A stretch of 16,412 bases of DNA from Octopus sinensis. Its lineage: Eukaryota. Below, piece by piece: positions 1 through 8,496 of this stretch (its first letter is position 1; every line of letters begins with the position of its first letter). Below the pieces are notes generated by a model. The model was not told the DNA's origin. It ran no database searches and worked only from the letters and a program-made list of their open reading frames with translations. Where the stretch lies: the NCBI RefSeq assembly GCF_006345805.1, contig NW_021825205.1, positions 1-16,412 of the forward strand. Direction: 5' to 3'. The position numbers were made by a program, and so were the translations under genes.

Positions 1-85
1 ATAATACATAATATATATATATATAATATATATATCTATATATATATATATAATATATATATATTATATATATATAATATATATA
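1..85. repeat. Degenerate (TA)n microsatellite
   Basis: Almost pure TA dinucleotide run up to the start of unique sequence at gttgag (86). Confidence 0.95.
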
Positions 86-206
86 GTTGAGTATAGAAAA
101 TCGGGGTGAGTGACTACTTGATAATTATAAGCACCTGTGTATACCATTTGGTGGTGTAGGTGGTGGAGTAAATTGATCAAAATAAAAACATGATGCGAAG
201 GATTCA

Positions 207-284
207 GCGGCACATATGTTTCGGGCCTTTATTAGACAGATTTATAACAATGCATAATGTATGTCTGTGGCCTTCTTCAGCCGC
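207..284 (-). ncRNA. Mirror copy of the hammerhead motif with a GUG (non-cleavable) triplet
   Basis: Reverse complement of 438-515 except at position 211 (C on +, G on -), giving GAAAC-ATAT-GTG-CCGC. The NUH rule requires H not to be G. Confidence 0.75.
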
Positions 285-437
285 GCACAACAGCTTCCAC
301 AAGGACATGTGTTACATCAAAAATTCTTGGTTGGGGATGCAAATCCTCTCATTCGCGTACGACATAATGCGGCAGCAGCATAGAATTGAAGCGTCCATCT
401 CTTTCTTCAACACATGTCCTTGTGGAAGCTGTTGTGC

Positions 438-515
438 GCGGCTGAAGAAGGCCACAGACATACATTATGCATTGTTATAAATCTGTCTAATAAAGGCCCG
501 AAACATATGTACCGC
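438..515 (+). ncRNA. Minimal type I hammerhead ribozyme motif with extended helix II
   Basis: Helix I GCGG (438-441)/CCGC (512-515). Core CTGAAGA (442-448) plus A449. Helix II GGCC (450-453)/GGCC (495-498), extended by ACAGA (454-458)/TCTGT (482-486). C499, then GAAA (500-503). Helix III lies in the palindrome ACATATGT (503-510). Cleavage triplet GUA, N17=511. Confidence 0.8.
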
Positions 516-572
516 TGAATCCTTCGCATCATGTTTTTATTTTGATCAACATATATATATATATATTCTCTT

Positions 573-866
573 GTGCCTGGTGAGAGTCATTTTCTAAGAG
601 TTACGACTATTGAAAATGTTGCAAGACGCAACGAAAATTTTAGGAAAATAAAGATAAGTAATAATTGGAAAATTTACCGGTGAGTGTGTTACATAATAAC
701 GCACAAAAAGAAAATGACTCTTCCCAGACACAGCAAAACTTTCTAAAATAATACTCAGGGTGCATTATCTCTGCTAAGCCTAGAAGTAGGTGTGTTACGT
801 AAGATTAATTTTGAGGATTTGATCAAAGACTTTTCAATTACAAAAAGTAGGAGCAAATCTTTTTAA
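573..866 (+). mobile_element. Decayed hAT (Tip100-like) transposase C-terminal dimerization-domain remnant
   Basis: Frameshifted GE.SFSK motif at about 578-598, and GALSLLSLEVGVLRKINFEDLIKDFSITKSRSKSF* at 759-866. These resemble the hAT C-terminal pattern ERSFS...L..LSIE......F...I.DF...K.R. Confidence 0.6.
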
Positions 867-983
867 TTACAAAGTAGAAGCATACAAAAATAAACATTAT
901 TTACTGTTAGTTTTGGTTCATTTTGAAAAATAAAAATTTATGTAATGGTTTCTTATTGCTTATTTTTTAATTACATATATATA

Positions 984-1027
984 GATAATGATGATGATGA
1001 TGATGATGATAATAAATAATAATATAA

Positions 1028-1101
<74 letters not shown>

Positions 1102-1124
1102 TAATAATAACAATAACAATAACA

Positions 1125-1193
<69 letters not shown>
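984..1193. repeat. (GAT)n/(TAA)n trinucleotide microsatellite
   Basis: Short GAT run followed by about 180 bp of TAA with a few CAA and TAG variants. Confidence 0.95.
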
Positions 1194-1487
1194 GAATGAT
1201 AAAAAAGGTAGTGAAACCTATTTGAAAATGATACCAGGCTTACCATCCCTACAGGAAGTGGGAAAAAATCGTGTTAACTGGTACGGCTCATGTACTGAGA
1301 ATAGCATTATCGCTGTGAAAACAACATCCATTCATGAATATATTTATTTATTAATTTTTTTTAAATACATATTTTACCTGTGAATTTGCGTGTGTAATCT
1401 GGGAATGCATACAATGACCTTCTCTGCCCTAGGTGTACGGAAAGCACTCGGTGAGAAACAGAAGAAAATTTGAAGAAAGAAGGAAAA
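1194..1487 (+). mobile_element. 5'-truncated R4/Dong-like non-LTR retrotransposon (ORF C-terminus plus 3' UTR) inserted in a (TAA)n array
   Basis: Reads MIKKGSETYLKMIPGLPSLQEV, +1 frameshift, KIVLTGTAHVLRIALSL* (stop 1316-1318). This matches the QK.VL.GTA..LR..L* terminus typical of R4-clade RLE elements. (TAA)n lies on both sides. Confidence 0.7.
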
Positions 1488-1546
1488 ATAATAATAAAAT
1501 AATAATAATAATAATATAATAATAATAATATAATAATAATAATAAT
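1488..1546. repeat. (TAA)n microsatellite
   Basis: Pure TAA run directly after the R4-like 3' end. Confidence 0.95.
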
Positions 1547-1964
1547 AAAGATAGTAAGGATTCTTATCTTAACTGATATATACAGGCATATACAGGCAAA
1601 TATAAATATCAACATACATATATATATATACACAATATATCCCCTTGCGTATATGTTAATATGTTTGTATATACAACGTTTGATGTTGTTTGTTAAAGAA
1701 AGACGAGAAGAGAAGAAAGAAAAAAAAGGTAGAATCGAAGAAGTGGTGGGGTGAGGAGAAGAGAGAAAGAGAAATGTATGAACTAGCGTTCATACAGATT
1801 ATCATGCTGGAAAAAGAAAATGAAGAAAAATAAATAAGGTTCAGTGAAAATCTCCTGTGTGTATACCCATGCCTGTATACGCACACATATAAATAGACGT
1901 GCGTAAACATACCCTCATAAATACATGCATATATATATACATAGTAGACACTTGTATACACGCA

Positions 1965-2222
1965 TACCGCCATTTTCGGTTGTGGATATCAGCTGCCCTC
2001 TGGACACCAATGTGGTTTTAAACAGATACAAGAGAAAAAGCATGTCTATAACCTCGTCTTTCGGTTCACTGATTTGTACAATTTCAAATCGATTTTCCCT
2101 TATCAATGACATGCACTGCGATACCAGTTGGTCGTGGTGTTATGTTTATCAACGACCCGGGCAACGCCGCACTACATTGTGTGTGTTGCGTACGTTCCGC
2201 TTAAACGCGAAAGTTGAGTAAA
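1965..2222 (+). mobile_element. Possible 3' fragment of an RLE-type (restriction-like endonuclease) non-LTR retrotransposon
   Basis: VVDISCPLDTNV, then in a shifted frame QEKKHVY...DLYNF, then IPV. This resembles the RLE pattern (V/I)(D/E)(V/I)..P.D.N......K...Y..L.....Y......P.V.G. Heavily frameshifted and abuts the (CATA)n array. Confidence 0.45.
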
Positions 2223-2224
2223 TA

Positions 2225-2399
2225 CTATATACATACATACATACATACATACATACATACATACATACATACAACATACATACATACATACATACATACA
2301 TACATGCATGCATACATACATACATACATACATACATAAATACATACATACATACATACATGCATGCATGCATACATATATACATACATACATACATAC

Positions 2400-2430
<31 letters not shown>

Positions 2431-2689
2431 CATACATACATACATACTATATACATACATACATGCATGCATGCATACATATATACATACATACACATAC
2501 ATACACACATACATACATACATACATACATACATACATACATACATACATGCATGCATACATACATGCATGCATGCATGCATACATACATACATACATGC
2601 ATACATACATACATACATGCATGCATGCATGCATATATACATACATACATACATACACACATACATACATACATACATACATACATACA

Positions 2690-2723
<34 letters not shown>

Positions 2724-3020
2724 CATACATACATGCATGCATGCATACATATATACATACATACATACATACAACATACATACATACATACATACATACA
2801 TACATACATACATACATACATGCATGCATACATACATGCATGCATGCATGCATACATACATACATACATGCATACATACATACATGCATGCATGCATGCA
2901 TATATACATACATACATACATACACACATACATACATACATACATACATACATACATACATACATACATACATGCATGCATGCATACATACATACATACA
3001 TACATACATACATACATACA

Positions 3021-3055
<35 letters not shown>
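2225..3055. repeat. About 830-bp (CATA)n tetranucleotide array with CATG, TATA and CACA variant units
   Basis: Direct reading. It is the source of all the MYVC and HTYI ORFs in the track. Confidence 0.97.
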
Positions 3056-3260
3056 GCAGTCTCCATGATAGATCATTAGCCACTACAGATATTTTTTCTC
3101 TCCTTGTTTCTCTCCTTGATTTTTCTGTGTCCCTTTCTGTCGAAGAGCGTAGGCTCGAAACGTAAAAGACTTTTTCTATTCCTGAGCGTTATACTAATAT
3201 ATCTGTTTATTTTGTACACCACCTGTCTTCGTCCTTTTTGTCTTTTTCGTAAACTCTCCC
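3056..3260 (+). mobile_element. About 205-bp hammerhead-bearing mini-element (solo pLTR or retrozyme-like monomer) between microsatellites
   Basis: Pyrimidine-rich leader, HHR motif at 3133-3168, TTCCTGAGCGT at 3179-3189 and a T-rich tail. Flanked by (CATA)n and (TA)n. Same layout as 9966-10177. Confidence 0.65.
3133..3168 (+). ncRNA. Minimal type I hammerhead motif with an A6>U core substitution
   Basis: CTTT-CTGTCGA-A-GAGC-gtag-GCTC-GAAAC-GTA-AAAG. Helix I CTTT/AAAG, helix II GAGC/GCTC, helix III reduced to the ACGT palindrome, triplet GUA. Confidence 0.7.
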
Positions 3261-3382
3261 TATATATATATATATATATATAAACATACACACACACATA
3301 AACACACACACATATATGTTTACATACATATATACATAAACACACACACACACACAAAACATATATACGCATACATATATAT
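3261..3382. repeat. Mixed (TA)n/(CA)n microsatellite
   Basis: Direct reading. Confidence 0.9.
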
Positions 3383-3980
3383 TCATGACAGTGTGTCTGG
3401 TGTATTGAATATTAAAAATAAAAATAGAAGTTGTTGAAAGAAGAAACAAATTAGTGGAATTTCATAGGTGTAGATTAAATAAAAATCAATTATATTAAAT
3501 TACTAAAAACGTGTATCAACACTGGTAATACAATGATAAATAAATTCAACGATACTAAAATGATAAATAAAAAAAATTACAAAATAATTACAAATAGATA
3601 CAAAAATTACAAAAAGCTGCAAAACATTACAAAAATACCAAAAAATACATTCATGTATTCAATATCTTTAAAACACATTTTAAGCGGTTGTAGATAAAGT
3701 TTTGATAGCTGTGCATTAAAAATCAACGTTGAGAAGTTTTTATGGGCTAAATTTCAATGTAAAAAACACTTCCATATAATCTTAAAAGATGCATTTAAAA
3801 GTAAATGTTAGAATAAAATAAAAATAAAAAAATAATAAAAACAAAGTAAAGATAAAAGTAGAGATATATAGTTTGTATATAAAGGGGTTTTTTGGGAAGG
3901 CGAAAGTGTAAAATGAAAGTTAATACAAAATGGTGCCGGTTTTGTGTGGAAAAGGTCAAATTCAAATGTGAAAGTCAATG

Positions 3981-6084
3981 TTATCCGTACGGTAGTTTTT
4001 CACTCAACATTTTATACTTCGTGACGTGTTTGCAGGGATTTAAAAGTTCCAATCTTTTGTTCAGAGCGTATTTAGCCTGGAACAGGATGAAAACATTTTT
4101 CAGTCAGGCACAAATCGCACCTCGTTGGGCCTTTATATGCTCCATGTTTGTATGGTGCTACTTTTTCCAAAATTGTCCGGCAGATTTCGAAAGGACGGGT
4201 ATCATTTACTTTCAATTGCCAGACATGTTTAGCTAGACTCGTTGCTGACCTATTCTCAGGGTAAAGAAATGAATTTCGATGGGAATATAATCTAGTGTTG
4301 AAGGAATTTTCTGAGGCTCCTGTACATGTCTTGTATTCTTGAGTCATCTATTTGCACCATAGTTCTGTATGCTATTCGTTTCTCAAAACAATTTCCTCCC
4401 AATGGACAGCAATTTTGTCTTTACAATTACAATTCTTGTTATTATTTCCAGCACTATGGTTACTCCTAACGGTTTTCGCGTTGTGCTGGTTAATTAAAGA
4501 GGCAAAACTCTTGCAGCAAGAGTTCTTGCAACAAAAGTTCTTCAGCCTTCTTCTATTAAAAATTCTTTGGAATGTATGCTTTGCTTGAAAGTGCTTAGAA
4601 ACTAGTTTTAAGAATTCCCTCCCTATATTGGTTTTTACTGCAATACTAAGAGTTGGATTAAACCACAAAACATTCCTAGTTCTACTTTCTACCTGCTCTA
4701 TTATTGTTAGCTGTACTTTGACAATTCTTGATCTTCTCTGAGAATCCATTGTGTCTTAATACATTATTATAATACGGCGCGGAATTTTGAAACGCTGTCT
4801 CGTCTGAAGATATGGAAGATATTCACCTTCCTATATTGCTAACTAGATTCTTAAATAGTATGGGTAGATGATTAGATCCTTTGTTACTATAATATAGCTT
4901 TACATTGAGCTTACGGTAGGATTTTAATTTAATTGCAAAACTAAGTTAATATCTAAAAAACTCTACACTATTTAGTTTCTGTCGTTATTCGTAAGGCCAT
5001 TCTTTGGAAGAAATTTATGAGATTCATCCTAAGTCTATCTAACTCATGACCATTCTTATTACGAGAGACTATTAGACTTTCATCCTTGAATAATCCAGCA
5101 TCTATAAAAGGGAATTCCAGATGCAGATTGTGTAGAATATAAACTCCTGTATACATAATTCAGCACATCGAATAAAAGGCCCTCGCTTTTTTAATCCAGG
5201 TAAAATCGTCGTAAAAGAAGATGGATTTCCTTGCTTGCAGTGTAATATCTATATCCAAATTGTCGACGGAGACATATTGTTGGTGAAGCTTGATGCTTTA
5301 AGGAGTAACGGCCTTGACATTGACGGGTAGAACTCCGTTAATATCGAACTCCGTGAATTTGCAGTTACACTTATGGCCAATTCTCTTGAGTCAATCTATA
5401 ACTGACTTACTATTGTTCCAAATCTGTAAATTTAATTCCATATTTAACTTGTTTAAAATATAATCTAAGATATTTTTGCTATTAATACCTATTTCTGTTT
5501 TAGCTGGGTTGATTAGCCTACATTTAGGATTTCAACTAAAATTAGCTTTGTGGTCCTTAAGAGTGATAAAGGTTGGCGTGGGGGAAGGTATCCTATCCTA
5601 TCACTAATTTTAAGATTGTTAGCGATCCTTCTTACTTCCATAGTCACCTCTATATATAAGTTAGCGTTAGCTTTTTTATAAGTGTCTGTGATATTATTAG
5701 AAAGAAGTCGTTTTTAAAATCTTTTTCAATGCTTAAAGATATTTTTTTACGAAATTTTTATCTGAATTCTTAATGTTTCTAAATTTTTCGTTCATAGTTC
5801 CTAGAGCGAATTGGTTATTTTATGGGATTTTATCCTTCTATTAAGTTCGAAAAGGTCTTTTTTAAAAGCTTCTAATTCTAAAATAGGTGGCGGTTTTTTT
5901 TAGAAGATTTAAGTCCATACTTTTTCATATTAACCTGCAGCTCTTTCATGTCAATGAAATAAGCCCGCCATCTTATTCTTCGGAAAAAATCTTCCGTTTT
6001 TCTAATCAGGTTTTTAATGTATTGCTTCTGCGTCAGGATCGGTATGTTTTTTTTTATAGAAAAATCCAGCAGGTAGATTTCCAT
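3981..6084 (-). pseudogene. Disrupted Penelope-like retroelement ORF: reverse transcriptase plus C-terminal GIY-YIG endonuclease
   Basis: Across several frames: FSIKKNIPI...RRIRWRAYF...YGLKS, NNITDTYKK, FITLKDHK...NPKCRLINPAK, FDI/EFYPS, RKSIFF...WIKK, GLFKDES (decayed YRDD), FLDINL, SNH, SAPYYN, RNVLWFNPT...TNIGREFLKLVSKHF, CNC..CPL..C, Y(I)G.....F.TR...H..SF, LAKHVW, CDLCLTEK, LNKRLELLNPCKH. Stop at 3981-3983. Many stops and frameshifts, and the MGS.DG part of RT motif B is deleted near 5165. The AT-rich 3383-3980 is the probable 3' UTR. Confidence 0.9.
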
Positions 6085-6119
6085 TTTTTCTGCTGTTTCT
6101 TCTTCTTACCTGTGGAGAG

Positions 6120-6266
6120 TCAGCAACTGAGTGTATTGGGCCCTATTCAAATTACCATTAATTTTAACCAATTTTCTTGAACCATCACTTTTTATGTATC
6201 CCCAAAGCATTGGACTCTTACGCCTAAACTTTACTGCTTTCGTCGTGTACCGCAGGTCGTTTCGCT
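6120..6266 (-). mobile_element. Inverted Tc1 transposase fragment (left arm of a foldback)
   Basis: Reads KRNDLRYTTKAVKFRRKSPMLWGYIKSDGSRKLVKINGNLNRAQYTQLL. Homologous to the + strand copy starting at 6280. Confidence 0.8.
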
Positions 6267-6387
6267 TTCTCATAAGCGAAGCGAAACGACCCACGTTACA
6301 CGACAGTGAAGTTTGGGGGTAAGAGTCTGATGCTTTGGGGATTCATAAAACGTGATGGCTCAAGAAAATTGGTTAAAATTGACAATA

Positions 6388-7225
6388 GGCGGAGGAGTGG
6401 CTATGTGGTAAGTAGCTTGCTTACCAACCACATGGTTCCGGATTCAGTCCCACTGCGTGGCACCTTGGGCAAGTGTCTTCTACTATAGCCTCGGGCCGAC
6501 CAATGCCTTGTGAGTGGATTTGGTAGACGGAAACTGAAAGAAGCCAGTCGTATATATGTATATATATGTATGTGTGTATATATGTATGTATATATATATA
6601 TGTAGTGGTGGCGCAATGGCCCAGTGGTTAGGGCAGCGGACTCGCGGTCATAGGATCGCGGTTTCGATTCCCAGACCGGGCGTTGTGAGTGTTTATTGAG
6701 CGAAAACACCTAAAGCTCCACGAGGCTTCGGCAGGGGATGGTAATGATCCCTGCTGTACCCTTTCACCACAACTTTCTCTCACTCTTACTTCCTGTTTCT
6801 GTTGTACCTGTATTTCAAAGGGCCGGCCTTGTCACTATCTGTGTCACGCTGAATATCCCCGAGAACTACGTTAAGGGTACACGTGTCTGTGGAGTGCTCA
6901 GCCACTTACACGTTAATTTCACGAGCAGGCTGTTCCGTTGATTCGTATCAACCGGAACCCTCGTCGTCGTAACCGACGGAGTGCTTCCAATATATATGTA
7001 TGTGTGTATATGTTTGTGTGTGTGTGTTTGTCCCCCTAGAATTACTTGACAACCGATGCTGGTGTGTTTACGTTCCCGTAACTTAGTGGTTCGGCAAAAG
7101 AGACCGATAGAATAAGTACTAGGCTTACAAAGAATAAGTCCTGGGATCGATTTGCTCGACTAAAGGCGGTGCTCCAGCATAGCAGCAGTCACATGACTGA
7201 AACAACTAAAAGAGTAAAAGAGAGT
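6388..7225 (+). mobile_element. tRNA-derived SINE with an internal microsatellite, split by a second SINE, with AATA target duplication
   Basis: Box A-like TGGCTATGTGG and box B-like GGATTCAGTCCC. CORE-like CCTTGGGCAAGTGTCTT. 5' half 6388-6550, 3' half about 7025-7225. AATA at 6384-6387 and 7226-7229, and removing the insert restores the Tc1 frame IDNNLN. A diverged copy lies at about 15110-15385. Confidence 0.85.
6605..6990 (+). mobile_element. Second tRNA-derived SINE (tRNA-Arg-like head, reminiscent of octopus OR-type SINEs) nested in the first SINE's internal (TA/TG)n
   Basis: Box A TGGCCCAGTGGTT and box B GGTTTCGATTCCC in a tRNA-like head, followed by about 300 bp of non-tRNA body. TATATATGTA-type repeats on both sides. 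Confidence 0.8.
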
Positions 7226-7858
7226 AATAACTTGAATAGTGCCAAACACATCCAGTTGCTGAAGGACAATTTGATACCAGACTTGGATGAAGGTGAGATC
7301 TTTCAGCATGACGGATTTCCATGCCACAGATCTCATGCAACACAAGTATCATCGAGCAAATGCGGACAGAAATAAAGGGAAGAATTCATCAGAAGAATCC
7401 ACGCAATCTTGAAGAGTTGTGGGAGCTCAGCCACTGAGAATGGCATCTTATACCTGTCAAGATAGTGAAGGATTTGTGCGCATCAATTCCTAGGCGCATT
7501 GAAGCAGTTATTCAAGCTAAGGTAAGCCACACGAAAGATTAACAATGTACAGTAACTTCTTGAAATGAACTTTATGTAATAAATTTTCATTATAGACATT
7601 TTTTTTTGTTTTAAAATACTGTATCTTAGCCGGTTTTATATGAGGTGGCCGATAACTTTGGCCATTTTTGGTGGTCGTCTCGCAACTTCCCCTCTCATTG
7701 AGAACTCCTACGACAAAATAGAATGATTAGCTTTGGAAATGGCTCCAACAGGGCCAACGTTTCATCTGTAAAAATTGCAATGCGAAACATCCACTTATAA
7801 GTTGGCCATTCGTTGAAATGAACAACAGTTTAAATTAACCGAAGGCTTTTCCACGGTA

Positions 7859-7900
<42 letters not shown>

Positions 7901-8408
7901 TAAGGAAAAGTTTGTGCGCCGTGTTAAAATAATGCTTTTTTGTATATATTTTGTGGTGTGTGTGTTCATTCAGTTCATTATTTTAACATGGCACACGAAC
8001 TTTTTCTTCAGCCTAGTATATATATATGTATATGAATTGTTTTTGAGCATACATTGTCTGGGAGACTCTTCTTATAGTAGAGGAAATAGCTAAATTCTTT
8101 GGCTGCTATTTCTAAAAGTTCGGTATGTGGTAAAGCAAATTTTTTTGCTGAACCCTAATTATATAAAGTAATGTTTAAATTTACCGTAAATGGTCCTTTT
8201 ACATACTGAACACTGCTTGGTAAAATTATTAATTACTAATTAATTCATTAATTTTACCCTTATTATTACTGACTATATGTTATATATATATATATATATG
8301 GAGGCACTAAAATCTTTAAAGTGTTTAGGGACTCTATGTATGGGTCTTAATTCGGTCGTAATAACGGGTTTCTCAAGAAGAACCTACAATTCTCCCTTTT
8401 TTTTTCAG

Positions 8409-8496
8409 CAGAATTCCGAAGACACGAAAGCAGTTTTGTCCTGCCTTGCTAAATTATTTCCTAAATCCTTGATATACAAAATGATGGAATTCTCAG
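8409..8496 (+). CDS. Candidate internal coding exon of an unidentified host gene (QNSEDTKAVLSCLAKLFPKSLIYKMMEFS-G)
   Basis: Strong acceptor (CCCTTTTTTTTTCAG, NAGNAG CAGCAG) and perfect donor CAG|GTGAGT. One open frame (phase 0 to phase 1), with stops in the other two. Product not recognised. Confidence 0.5.

Larger units (their letters stand above)
86..550. mobile_element. Foldback element with inverted pseudo-LTR-like arms, probably a Penelope-like element remnant, inserted in (TA)n
   Basis: Arms 173-313 and 409-549 are reverse complements at 140/141 positions, with a 95-nt spacer. Each arm carries a hammerhead motif, and (TA)n lies on both sides. The + frame across the spacer (MQILSFAYDIMRQQHRIEASISFFNTCPCG) loosely resembles the end of a PLE GIY-YIG domain (weak). 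Confidence 0.75.
6280..7860 (+). mobile_element. 5'-truncated Tc1-family transposon (DDE domain remnant) interrupted by SINEs
   Basis: VKFGGKSLMLWGFIKRDGSRKLVKID (to 6387) resumes after the SINEs as NNLNSAKHIQLLKDNLIP...IFQHDGFPCH and W..IP...SIPRRIEAVIQAK.SHTK* (stop 7540-7542). The right end is uncertain: ACTG-TA at 7618-7623 or CTTTTCCACGGTACT-(TA)n at about 7860. Confidence 0.8.

Noticed and set aside
190-480. 96-aa ORF across the foldback
   Set aside because: Its first half is the antisense of the repeat arm. Only a short spacer segment has weak GIY-YIG-end resemblance, so it is not called a gene.
971-1633. Poly-Ile, poly-Tyr and poly-Leu ORFs on the minus strand
   Set aside because: They are translations of (TAA)n.
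2149-3165. Long ORFs (up to 305 aa) of MYVC and HTYI repeats on both strands
   Set aside because: They are translations of the stop-free (CATA)n array, with no coding complexity.
3981-6084. In-frame TGA codons in the PLE as possible selenocysteines (known for some Naiad PLEs)
   Set aside because: The TGAs fall at Trp, Arg or variable positions, conserved Cys codons are TGT/TGC, and TAA/TAG stops and frameshifts are equally common. This is ordinary decay.
6085-6125. CTCTCCACAG|GTAAGA on the minus strand just upstream of the PLE ATG as a retained PLE intron signal
   Set aside because: The ATG would lie inside the putative intron and no matching acceptor or pLTR could be identified. It may be a chance motif at the Tc1/PLE junction.
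6388-6680. tRNA-like sequences at 6388 and 6610 as tRNA genes
   Set aside because: The cloverleaves are imperfect and run straight into long repeat bodies, so they are SINE heads.
8070-8115. GAAATAGC...GCTATTTC small hairpin
   Set aside because: An 8-bp stem in AT-rich DNA, probably part of a common dispersed repeat. No further support.
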